A stretch of DNA of 64,000 nt from an uncultured Gammaproteobacteria bacterium. GTDB lineage: Bacteria; Pseudomonadota; Gammaproteobacteria; CAWCPV01. How positions within the stretch are numbered: the stretch's first letter is position 1; each line of letters starts with the position of its first letter. The notes beneath the pieces were generated by a model. The model was not told the DNA's origin. It made no database searches and saw only the letters and a program-made list of their open reading frames with translations. The stretch spans positions 64,001 to 128,000 of the forward strand of contig CAWCPV010000017.1 of NCBI GenBank assembly GCA_963797555.1, read 5' to 3'. Below are positions 29,703-39,332 of the stretch, piece after piece. The position numbers were made by a program, and so were the translations under genes.

Positions 29703-31147
29703 GAAGACGGCTCCGAAGGGGCGAGGCGGGGGCTCTGTTCCGGTACGGTGGGCCACCGCCCCGGATCGAACAGCGGTTGCTGAAGACCATCCTCCAGGGC
29801 ACCAAGAGCCTGACGCTGCTGCACCACCGCATCGAATCGAGAGAATGCGGTTGCGGCGACTTCGAGTTCCGTCGTCACGAGCGTCGGCCGGTCGACTTGG
29901 CCGACACGAAACGAGATTTCCACTCGGCGCTCGCGGCGCTCCTCGTCGGCCAGCAGCGCATCGCCCGTCGCGACGCTTTGGTTCGCCGCACGATACGCGG
30001 TCGCCGCCTGGTCGATGGCGCCGATGATTTGCGCCTGAAGGGCGGTAAAATTGGCCGCCGCCTGCTGCCGATTGGCGAGCGCCTGGGCGATCGAGCCCTG
30101 GTTGTGGTGGAAAATCGGAAGATCAGCACCGAGCCCGAGCATGTACTTGTTGACGCCGAAGTCGTAGTCATAGCCCGGCCCCAGCGTGACGTTCGGATAC
30201 TGATTGGCGACCTCGATCCGCAGCGCCGATTGCGCCGCCTCATATTCCTGGAGGCTCGCTTGCACGTCGGTGCGCTTCGTCAGGGCCTTGCGGCGCAACT
30301 CACCAATGGCGCGGGTCGCGGTCGTAGGCGGCGGTTGATCGAAGGCGCTGAGCGACACGTCCCCGCCTTCGAGCGCGTGGACCGGAATGCCGATGGCGGT
30401 TGCGAGCTGCACTCGTGCATCGGCCGAGGCGCGTTCGAGATCGCGGATGGCGAAAGTGATTTGGGCCCGGTTGATGCGCTCGCGCGAGACATCGAGAGAC
30501 GACGCCTCCCCCATGGCAAACCGCCGTTCGAGAAGGCCAACCAGTTGGTCTTGGAGATCGAGTCGCCGATGGGTCAACGCCAATCGCTCCCGAGCCGCCC
30601 AGAGGTCAAGGAGTGCCGCGCGGACGCGCCGGCGCACTTGCCAGCCGGCCGTCGCAAGAGCCCACCGCGCCGACTCCGCGAGATGTTCGGCTTGCGCTGT
30701 GCGGTATTTGCGCTTTCCAAAGGTTTCGAGGACGAAGTCAATCACCGGGCCGACCGTGATCGGTGCGGCGCCTGCTGGGGTGGCGGCGCCGACCACAGCG
30801 GCTTGGCCGAACACATTCGTGAGGCTGAGCGCGGGGTTCGGGCGCTCGCGTGCAGTGATGACGCCAGCCTCGGCACCGGCCAGTTTGGCGCGGGCGATGT
30901 CGAGATCGGGATGGAAGTAAAGCGCTGCCAGGCTGAGCGTACTGAGATCCCAGAGGCCGGCGTGCACCGGCTCCCCTGAGAGCGAGAGGCTCGCTTCGAT
31001 GAACTCCTGCAAGCGCCGATCGTGGAGCGTGCGTGCATCGAGCGCGCGGGCGTTCGCAGCAGCAGAAATGGGCTGCGCTTGATAAACGGCGCAAGCTGGA
31101 AGCACTCCAAGCGCGAGCAAAATGCTCGCGCGATAAACAGGCCGCAT
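29699..31147 (-). CDS. TolC-family outer membrane factor
   Basis: LPAC lipobox, ALYFHPDLDIARA and QYPNVTLGPGY..LPIFHHNQG. Confidence 0.88.
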   Translation of the reverse strand: MRPVYRASILLALGVLPACAVYQAQPISAAANARALDARTLHDRRLQEFIEASLSLSGEPVHAGLWDLSTLSLAALYFHPDLDIARAKLAGAEAGVITARERPNPALSLTNVFGQAAVVGAATPAGAAPITVGPVIDFVLETFGKRKYRTAQAEHLAESARWALATAGWQVRRRVRAALLDLWAARERLALTHRRLDLQDQLVGLLERRFAMGEASSLDVSRERINRAQITFAIRDLERASADARVQLATAIGIPVHALEGGDVSLSAFDQPPPTTATRAIGELRRKALTKRTDVQASLQEYEAAQSALRIEVANQYPNVTLGPGYDYDFGVNKYMLGLGADLPIFHHNQGSIAQALANRQQAAANFTALQAQIIGAIDQAATAYRAANQSVATGDALLADEERRERRVEISFRVGQVDRPTLVTTELEVAATAFSRFDAVVQQRQALGALEDGLQQPLFDPGRWPTVPEQSPRLAPSEPSS

Positions 31148-31282
31148 GCGGACCCCATCGTCAGAGCAACGTAGAATCAGGCTGGGCGCTCGCAAACACC
31201 CATTCTCTCAGAGACAGGGCGGAGATAACCCTCCTGAATCGCTGCAACTGCTTCAAACCGTCGGCTCTAGTTACGCTCGATT

Positions 31283-31346
31283 TACCCACAAATTCGGCTC
31301 CTCGGCAGAATTTGTGGGTAGAGCCACAAATTCTGCCGAGGAGCCG
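31283..31346. repeat. Nested perfect inverted repeats resembling abutted ISL3 ends
   Basis: 23-bp arms at 31295-31317 and 31324-31346, plus 13-bp arms at 31283-31295 and 31308-31320. Confidence 0.8.
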
Positions 31347-31689
31347 CACTTGAAGGAATCGTACTCCGGGGCAGGATCGCATTCCAGGCGAGCTTTTCCG
31401 GCCCCCGGAGGGCGGCCTCGCCGGGAAGCCCCGGTTATCGCACCGCCTTTAGTGGAGCCATCCACCCCTAGGCAGGCGGCTCCTGCGCCCAATGTGGGCC
31501 AGGAAGACCCACCCAAATGCGACCTCGCGATGAACAAGTCCGTCCCGAAAGCCGTCGGTTGACAACGAGGTGGGCCGGACTGACGCGGTCAGTGGGAAAC
31601 GCAACGACGTGCAGCGAGCTCCGGAGCCGCCCGTGCGCCGAGTGGCGGCGGCACGTCAGTGATCTCGCAGTCGACCTCGATAAAGCTCT

Positions 31690-32010
31690 GAGTCTGGCTG
31701 CCTGGACGGCAGCGTCGTCCTCGCTCAGGGCGACTCCAGTGAGGAACTGAACCCCGTCTGGGCCAGCGCGCCGCGGGAGAGTGTCGAGAATCCTGGGCGA
31801 CTGCTTGGGGATCTCATGGGGTCCGCTAACGGAGACTGGCTTGCCGTCCTTGCCGTTGCTGCAGCGCACCGGACGGGAGCGGTCTCGATGTTCCCGAAGA
31901 GATTGACCGAATTGGCATAGTCCGGGTGAGGTGCAGCCCGAGCCGACGCGCGTAATCGACGGCCCGGCCGACCAGCTTGCGCAGGCAGCTCAGCCTCCCA
32001 TGCCTGCCTC
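31690..32010 (-). pseudogene. Degenerate C-terminal fragment of a hypothetical protein
   Basis: Pieces in different frames join as RKLVGRAVDYARRLGL..PHPDY..LFGNIE..GKDGKPVSVSGP. Confidence 0.4.
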
Positions 32011-32119
32011 CCTGGCTCAGATGACCCCCATTGTCTTTTGGGTAAGCGCAACGCACCCCCCGAGCAGGTTCACTGGCTCCAGAGTCCGGGAAGAAAGGCG
32101 TTTGCGGCCGAGTTGGCTC

Positions 32120-32509
32120 TCAGATCTCGTCGCGCCACTCATCGTCTTCGTGCCCGGCTTCATGCGCGTCGTCGGACCCCACGTCCGGCTCCTCCTCTTC
32201 CCAGGGCTCGGGTGATTGCTCGATCTCCAGCAGCGAACGGTCCAAGTCCTCATCCGGCCGACCGGTCTCGCTATATCCCAAGTCGTCCCGCTGGACATCG
32301 TCCAATGGCCCGGTCCAATCCTCCGGAGCCTCCATGGACTCGAGGTCCATCTGATACCACTCATCGACGTCGATCTCCTCGAGGTCGCCGTCGAAATGCT
32401 GAAGATGGACGGTCCCGCCCGCCTCGTCCAGGGCGACGACTTCGAACTTCTGGTCCTTGTCCAGGCGCTGATACCAGTCTCCGACCTTCGGGTCAATGTC
32501 GGTGCTCAT
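32120..32509 (-). CDS. Acidic DUF6763-like protein
   Basis: PKVGDWYQ..FEVVALDE..QHFDGDLEEID..W..PEDWTGPLD; GGAGGAG RBS. Confidence 0.75.
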   Translation of the reverse strand: MSTDIDPKVGDWYQRLDKDQKFEVVALDEAGGTVHLQHFDGDLEEIDVDEWYQMDLESMEAPEDWTGPLDDVQRDDLGYSETGRPDEDLDRSLLEIEQSPEPWEEEEPDVGSDDAHEAGHEDDEWRDEI

Positions 32510-32824
32510 CGCTCTCCTCCATGCTGCTGGAGCCGCAGGCACTGCTGGAAGCGCGTGCGTCCCCCCCGAGCGAATCGGAAGGGGTGCTCGGAACGAATCG
32601 ATTGGCCCGATGTGCGCGCCGCCTTGCAGGCGGGGCATCGGTGTCGCGCCCGATTCGGGCGAACGGGATACCCAAGACCGCAGCCCGGGGAAATCCCCTC
32701 GTCACGGCGGCGTTACGCGGGACCGCGTGTTCCGACCGCACTGAATATTAGCGGGGAACGTTCCCGTTGGTCTAGCTGTGGGGCCGGCCAGGGCATGCGG
32801 ATTCTTCGATGAGGGTTGCCGTGC

Positions 32825-33073
32825 TTAGCTCGACTGCCGCTCGTTCAGATAAGCCACACAGCCCGCCAGGGTCGACAGCTTAGGATAGTCCAGCTCCGGG
32901 ACCTTGACGCCGGTCTTCTGCTCCAGAGTGAGGACGAAGTTGAGAAAGTCCACCGAGTCCATGTCGAACTGGTCCCGGAAGCTCAGGTTGGGGTCGAGGC
33001 CATCGGGGCTTACCTCCGGAGCGATGGTCGAAAGTGCGTCTCTTATTGTGGCTTCCAAGTCTTGCTCGGTCAC
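32825..33073 (-). CDS. Acyl carrier protein
   Basis: DMDSVDF phosphopantetheine site and [12 protein letters not shown]. Confidence 0.88.
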   Translation of the reverse strand: MTEQDLEATIRDALSTIAPEVSPDGLDPNLSFRDQFDMDSVDFLNFVLTLEQKTGVKVPELDYPKLSTLAGCVAYLNERQSS

Positions 33074-34818
33074 GCATCGGCCTCCAGAGTGGAAAGGTCC
33101 CCTTCGGGGAGACCCAACTCCCGAGCCTTGAGAAAGCGCCGCAGGATTTTGCCGGAGCGCGTCTTCGGCAGGTCTTGCTGAAACTCGATCTCCTTGGGCG
33201 CCACCACGGCGCCGAGGCGCGAGCGCGCGTGCGCCATGAGTGCCCGGCGCAGGTCTTCGCTGGCCGTGTGGCCCGGCTTGAGGGAGACAAATGCCTTCAC
33301 GATCTCGCCGGCGACGGGGTCCGGCTTGCCTATGACGCCCGCTTCGGCCACGGCAGGGTGTTCCACGAGTGCCCGTTCGACCTCCACGGGACCGATCAGA
33401 TGCCCCGACGACTTGATCGCGTCGTCAGTGCGGCCCAGGAACCAGAAGTAGCCATCCTCGTCCTCGCGTGCGAGGTCGCCGCTGAGGTACCAGCCGTCGA
33501 CGAAGCACTGCCGGTACCGCTCTTCATCGCCCAGATAGCCGCGGAACATGGAGGGCCACCCCGGCCGCAGCGCCAGCTCCCCCGGCGCATTGGCGTGCGC
33601 CATGGGGCTGGCACCGCCGTCCTCCGTACGCTGCACGACCGTCGCCTGCACCCCGGGTAGAGGCTTGCCCATGGACCCAGGCTTGATGTCGAGGGTCGGC
33701 ATGTTGGCGATCATGATGGCGCCGGTCTCGGTCTGCCACCAGGTGTCGTGGAACGGCAGACCGAACGCCTCCTGCCCCCACAGCACACCCCCGGGATCCA
33801 GGGGCTCGCCGACACTCGCCAGAAACCGCAGGCTGCGGGTGTCATAGCGGCGGGCTATGGTGCTGCCGAGCCGCATCAGCAGGCGTATCGCCGTCGGGGC
33901 GGTGTACCACACCGTGACCTTGTGCTCCTGGAGGATGCGATACCAGCGCTCGGGGTCGAAGGCTTCGCGATCCGCGATGACAGTGGCGCCGATGGTCAGC
34001 GGAGCGATGATGCCGTACGACGTGCCGGTCACCCAGCCCGGGTCTGCCGTGCACCAGAAAACATCCTGCGGGTGCAGGTCCAAGGCGATGCGAGCGGTCG
34101 CATGGTGGGCGATGACCGCCCCGTGAACATGCACGGCCCCCTTCGGCCGCCCGGTGGTCCCGCTGGTGAAGTGGATGAGCGCGTCGTCCTCGGGCCGGGT
34201 CCTCTCGACATCGAAGGACTCGTTTGCCTGCTCCAAAAGTCCCCGGAAGGCCAGGGTTCCGGAAGGTCCGCGCGCCTGCGCCGGGCCGTCGACCAGGATG
34301 ACGTGGCGCAGGCTTGGAAGGTCGCGCAGCAGGCACTCCACCTTGCGGCGGTACGTGGCCTGTGTCGTCACTAGGACCTTGGCCTGCCCCGTCGCGAGCC
34401 GCGCGCAAAGCGGATCGGGCCCGAAGCCCGAGAACAAGGGACAGAAGACGCTGCCGTTCTTGAGTGTGCCGAGGGCGGTGAGATACAGCTCGGGTACTTG
34501 CCCCAGGGCCGTGAAAACACGGTCTCCCTTGTTCACCTCGAGAGAGCGCAGGACGTTGGCGAACCGGTTTGTCAGCGCCTGCAGGGCACCATAGGTATAT
34601 TCACGCACCTGCTCCGTGCGGTCGAGGCACCGCAGGGCGAGATGGTTGCGCCGCGGTCCGTTGGCGTGGCGGTCCACGGCCTCGTATGCGATGTTGAGAC
34701 CTCCGCCGGGGAGCCCGGCCAGTTCGAGCCCTGCGGCTCCCCAGGAGAATGTCTCGCCGGTGGGGCCGGGACGCAGCGAATGCGCTGGCCGGATCCCGCT
34801 GCCTCGCGGTTTGCGCAT
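33070..34818 (-). CDS. acsA: Acetate-CoA ligase (AcsA type)
   Basis: [31 protein letters not shown] and [11 protein letters not shown]. Confidence 0.9.
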   Translation of the reverse strand: MRKPRGSGIRPAHSLRPGPTGETFSWGAAGLELAGLPGGGLNIAYEAVDRHANGPRRNHLALRCLDRTEQVREYTYGALQALTNRFANVLRSLEVNKGDRVFTALGQVPELYLTALGTLKNGSVFCPLFSGFGPDPLCARLATGQAKVLVTTQATYRRKVECLLRDLPSLRHVILVDGPAQARGPSGTLAFRGLLEQANESFDVERTRPEDDALIHFTSGTTGRPKGAVHVHGAVIAHHATARIALDLHPQDVFWCTADPGWVTGTSYGIIAPLTIGATVIADREAFDPERWYRILQEHKVTVWYTAPTAIRLLMRLGSTIARRYDTRSLRFLASVGEPLDPGGVLWGQEAFGLPFHDTWWQTETGAIMIANMPTLDIKPGSMGKPLPGVQATVVQRTEDGGASPMAHANAPGELALRPGWPSMFRGYLGDEERYRQCFVDGWYLSGDLAREDEDGYFWFLGRTDDAIKSSGHLIGPVEVERALVEHPAVAEAGVIGKPDPVAGEIVKAFVSLKPGHTASEDLRRALMAHARSRLGAVVAPKEIEFQQDLPKTRSGKILRRFLKARELGLPEGDLSTLEADA

Positions 34819-34989
34819 TGTCGGTCAACCCACCCTTTCTCTCCCTGCCGCACACGGCGCCCAGTTGCCGGGTGAGGCGGATGCGGCCATCATTATGGCC
34901 CTGGACGGCATCCGGCTGCACGCTTCGGTGCGCCGCGTGACGCAGCCATGCGGACCCGAGGGGTGGGCTTCGGTGGTCGAGAGCCTGGC

Positions 34990-37671
34990 GTGACCGTGCG
35001 CAATTTGGAGTTCCTGTTCCGGCCGAAGTCTATCGCTCTGGTGGGGGCCGGCACGTCCCCCGCGTCCCTGAGCGCGTTGCTCGCTCGCAACCTGTTCACC
35101 GGCGGGTTCGACGGTCCGGTGATGCCGGTCGACCCGCAGCGCCGCGTCATCGAGAGCGTGCTCACCTATCCGGACATCGGAAGCCTCCCGGTGACGCCCG
35201 ACCTCGCGGTGATCAGCACACCGCCCGACCTGGTGCCAGGCATCATCGCCGAGCTGGCAGCGCGGGGAACGCGGGCCGCCGTGGTCGTCAGTGCCGGCGT
35301 TGGGGAGAGCGTGGAGCGGCGCGGTCGCGAGCTGCAGCAGGCGCTGCTGGATGCTGCCAAGCCTCACCTGATGCGCATCATCGGCCCCAACTGCCTCGGC
35401 ATCATGGTGCCAGGCGCGGGTCTGAATGCGAGCGTCTCGCACCTCGCCCCCGCGTCAGGGCGCTTGGCCTTCGTCGCCCAGTCCGGAACCATCGTCACCT
35501 CGGTCCTGGACTGGGCACATTCCCGATCCATCGGCTTCTCTCACTTGATCTCGTTGGGCGACATGGCCGACGTGGACTTCGGGGACATGCTGGACTATCT
35601 GGCGAACGACGCCGCCACCCAGGCGATCCTGCTCTACATCGAGGCGGTGACCAATGCCCGCAAGTTCATGTCGGCGGCCCGGGCCGCCGCACGCATGAAG
35701 CCGGTCCTCGTGGTGAAGGCGGGGCGGCACGCGGAAGGCGCCCGTGCCGTGGCCTCCCACACCGGCGTTCTGGCCGGGGTCGATGCGGTCTACGGCATGG
35801 TGTTCCGGCGGGCGGGAATGCTGCGCGTGTTCAGCCTGGAGGAGCTGTTCGATGCGGTCGAGATCCTCGCCATGGTACGTAGGCCGCGCGGGGATCGGCT
35901 GGCCATCCTGACCAACGGGGGTGGGATGGGGGTGCTGGCGACGGACGCCCTCATCGACCGAGGCGGGCGTCTCGCAGACCTGTCATCAGAGACCCTGTCG
36001 AGGCTGGACCAGGTCTTGCCGGCGGGCTGGTCGCGCGGCAACCCCGTGGACCTCATGGGAGACGCGGCCAGCGAACGGTACGCGGACACGCTGCGGGCGC
36101 TGGCCGAGGACGACGGTGTGGACGCGGTGCTGGCGATCAGTTGTCCTACCGGCCTCGCGACCGGTACCGAGGCGGCTCGGGCGGTGGTGCACGCGGCGTC
36201 CGGCCGGACTGGGCCCCCGGTGCTCACCAACTGGGTGGGCGGCCAAACCGCCGCGCCGGCGCGACGTCTGTTTGTCGAGCACCGCATCCCCACCTACGAC
36301 ACGCCCGAGCAGGCGGTGCGGGCCTTCATGTACATGGTGGACTACCGCCGCAGCCAGGAGATGTTGACCGAAACGCCGCCCTCGGTGCCCCAGGACTTCT
36401 CTCCCGACCAGGATCGGGTGCGGGCGGCCCTGGAACAGGCATTGGCACAGGACCGCTGCTGGCTGAGCGAGCCTGAGGCGAAGGAGGTGCTCGCCGCCTA
36501 CGGCATCGCCGTGGTGCCGACGCGTGTCGCCGCCACCCCGCACGAGGCCGCTGCGGCGGCGGCGGAGATCGGCGGGCCGGTAGCGCTCAAGATCCTCTCG
36601 CCCGACATTGGCCACAAGTCCGAGGTCGGCGGAGTTGCCGTCGACCTGTACGGGCCTGGTGCGGTGCGCGACGCGGCGGCCGGTATGCTGGAGCGCGTGG
36701 GGAAGAGCGTCCCGAACGCGCGGCTGTCGGGGTTCAGCGTCGAGCCGATGGTCCGTCGGCCCGGCGCCTACGAGCTGATCGTCGGGGTCACGGCGGACCC
36801 GCAGTTCGGGCCAGTCATCCTGTTTGGCCACGGGGGGACCGCCGTCGAGGTGGTAAACGACAAGGCGCTAGGGATGCCTCCCCTGAACATGCACTTGGCG
36901 CAGGAGGTGATGTCGCGTACCCGCATCTATCAGCTCCTCAAGGGCTACCGCGGCATGGCCCCGGCCAACCTGGACGCCATCGCCCTAACGCTCATCCGGG
37001 TTGCTCAATTGGTGATCGATGTTGCGGAGATCGTCGAGTTGGACATCAATCCGCTGCTCGCCGATGAATACGGGGTGGTGGCGCTGGATGCACGCATGAA
37101 GGTGGCCCGGGCGACGGGCTACGCGACCGACCGGCTGGCCATCCGTCCCTATCCCAGCGAGCTGGAGGAGAACATTCCACTAGGGGATGGACGCACTCTG
37201 CTGCTGCGCCCCATCCGCCCGGAGGACGAGCCGTCTCTGCAGGCGGCCTTCGCCAAGCTCAGCGCCGAGGAGATCCGCCAGCGCTTCTTCGTGCCCATGA
37301 AGACGCTCTCCCACGTGACCGCGGCGCGTTTTACCCAGATTGACTACGACCGTGAGATGGCGCTCATCCTCACCCAGCCTGGCATCCCCGGGAAGACCGA
37401 CCTCTACGGCGTTGTCCGATTGAGCGCGGATCCCGACAACGAGCGGGCCGAGTACGCCATCATCGTGCGCGGTGACATGACGGGGATGGGACTCGGTATC
37501 GTCCTCATGCGGCGCATCATCGACTATGCCCGCAGCCGCGGGCTTCGCGAGATCTATGGCGACGTGCTGCAGGACAATGCCACGATGCTCAAGCTGTGCC
37601 GCGCATTCGGCTTTTCCCAGGCGGTGCTGCCCGATGACCCGACCATCGTCCGGGTGACTCTGAGGCTGTGA
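34990..37671 (+). CDS. pat: Protein lysine acetyltransferase (NDP-forming acyl-CoA ligase-like domain plus GNAT)
   Basis: IIGPNCLG, SLGDMADVDFGD, SHTG, an ATP-grasp segment (LDINPL) and a C-terminal GNAT (FTQIDYDREMAL, GMGLG). Confidence 0.9.
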   Translation: MTVRNLEFLFRPKSIALVGAGTSPASLSALLARNLFTGGFDGPVMPVDPQRRVIESVLTYPDIGSLPVTPDLAVISTPPDLVPGIIAELAARGTRAAVVVSAGVGESVERRGRELQQALLDAAKPHLMRIIGPNCLGIMVPGAGLNASVSHLAPASGRLAFVAQSGTIVTSVLDWAHSRSIGFSHLISLGDMADVDFGDMLDYLANDAATQAILLYIEAVTNARKFMSAARAAARMKPVLVVKAGRHAEGARAVASHTGVLAGVDAVYGMVFRRAGMLRVFSLEELFDAVEILAMVRRPRGDRLAILTNGGGMGVLATDALIDRGGRLADLSSETLSRLDQVLPAGWSRGNPVDLMGDAASERYADTLRALAEDDGVDAVLAISCPTGLATGTEAARAVVHAASGRTGPPVLTNWVGGQTAAPARRLFVEHRIPTYDTPEQAVRAFMYMVDYRRSQEMLTETPPSVPQDFSPDQDRVRAALEQALAQDRCWLSEPEAKEVLAAYGIAVVPTRVAATPHEAAAAAAEIGGPVALKILSPDIGHKSEVGGVAVDLYGPGAVRDAAAGMLERVGKSVPNARLSGFSVEPMVRRPGAYELIVGVTADPQFGPVILFGHGGTAVEVVNDKALGMPPLNMHLAQEVMSRTRIYQLLKGYRGMAPANLDAIALTLIRVAQLVIDVAEIVELDINPLLADEYGVVALDARMKVARATGYATDRLAIRPYPSELEENIPLGDGRTLLLRPIRPEDEPSLQAAFAKLSAEEIRQRFFVPMKTLSHVTAARFTQIDYDREMALILTQPGIPGKTDLYGVVRLSADPDNERAEYAIIVRGDMTGMGLGIVLMRRIIDYARSRGLREIYGDVLQDNATMLKLCRAFGFSQAVLPDDPTIVRVTLRL

Positions 37672-38124
37672 CGCCGATCCCCGGGTGCGTGGCCCCCGAG
37701 GCTGAGGTCGCGGGACGAGTCGAGATGTAGCCTCAGCGATGCGGCCGGTCCCGCCATGCTCGCGCGGCCTTGGCCCCGTCCATATTCCGCGAAAAGGGCC
37801 GCTGGCGCTGCCTCTGTCCTGATTCGCACGCTGCCTGGATCTTCGTCCACGGCAATCTGAACCGTGTAGCGGATCGCAGCGACGGCGAGGTCGTCTCCGG
37901 CATTGCGCCTCGCCGGCTGGAGGACCCCGTGCATCCCTGCATGGGCGGCCGCGCGCGCCCGTTCGTCGCCCAGGTTTCGAGCCACGGCGAAGTGGAAGAC
38001 GGGCCGTGGAGCGCGTCAATGCTACCGCGCGTTCGTCTCGGCGCGCCGGCGGAGCGCGACCGCGCTCGTGGCGTTCCCGTCGCAGCTTGGGAGGAACGCG
38101 GAGACCCGCGCAGCAATCCTACTA

Positions 38125-39284
38125 GTGTAGTGCTTCATTCTGTTTAGAACTTAAACGTGCGTTGGCGCGGATGACCTTCTGCAGGATGTCCTTAGCCTTG
38201 GCGGTCCAGATGAAGGGTTTGGGATTGGCGTTGTGGGCATCGACATAGCGGTTGATGGCAGGGATCAACTCGGGGACGCTTCGAAACACGCCACGGCGCA
38301 ACCGATCCACAGTCAGGTCGCGGAAGAATCGCTCGACCATGTTCAACCAGGATGCTGAGGTGGGCGTGAAATGGATGTGGAAACGCGGGTGTTTTCCCAG
38401 CCATTTCTGAACGTTGGGATGTTTGTGGGTGGCGTAGTTGTCGCAGACCAAGTGCAGTTCCTTGTCCTTGGGCGTCTCGCGGTCGATTTGGCGCAGGAAG
38501 GTGAGCCACTCCGTGTGGCGATGGTGCGGCTCGCAGCGGGCAATCACGGAACCCTCCAAGGTGTTCAGGGCAGCAAACAGTGTCGTGGTGCCATGGCGCT
38601 TGTAGTCATGGGTCATGGTCGCAGCCCGCCCCTTCTTCAGCGGCAGGCCAGGTTGGGTACGATCCAGCGCCTGAACCTGACTCTTCTCGTCGCAGCACAA
38701 CACCAAAGCATGCTCCGGGGGGACAGATACAGCCCGACGATGTCCTCCAACTTCTCGGTGAATTTCGGGTCGCGCGATACCTTGAAGGATTCGACACGAT
38801 GCGGCTTCAGCCCATGGGCATGCCACACGCGCAGCACCGTGGTGTCGCTCACTCCCATTTCCTTAGCCAGGGTCCGCGTACTCCACTGTGTCGCTGCTAA
38901 GGGCTGGGTCTGAGTCGTGCGTCGCACGATCTCGGCGGCATCCACCTTGGGCTGACGACCTCCGCGCGGCAGGTCACACTCGATGGCCGCCAGCCCGCCT
39001 TGCGCATAGCGCTCCCGCCAACGCCCAACCTGCACACGCCCAATCTTGAGTTCCGCCGCGATGGCCTTGTTCTCCATGCCCACCGCCGCCAACAGCACAA
39101 TGCGCGCTCGGCGGGCCAGCCTCACACTCGTGGTGTTCGAACGCGACACACGCCTCAGGCTCCGCTGTTCTTCCGCGCTCAGTCGGACCATCGGGGCTAC
39201 TCGCATCAGTGCTCTCCTGTCTTGGCTTCATAGCCCTGGACAGCGATAGATCATATATGTTCCGTTAATTACCAAGCACTACAC
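38125..39284 (-). mobile_element. IS630-family element flanked by TA; transposase 39206-38122 with a frameshift at a C-run near 38720
   Basis: Inverted repeats GTGTAGTGCTT and AAGCACTACAC with TA on both sides; [20 protein letters not shown] and [10 protein letters not shown]. Confidence 0.92.
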
Positions 39285-39332
39285 TAAGTATTCAGACCGC
39301 CCGCGGGACGACCAAGGGAAGACGGTGGCCTC

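Noticed and set aside
37680-38120. Short ORFs between pat and IS630
   Set aside because: No recognisable motif or RBS.
38700-38730. Programmed frameshift in IS630
   Set aside because: It cannot be told apart from a one-base homopolymer shortfall, given the other indels in the window.
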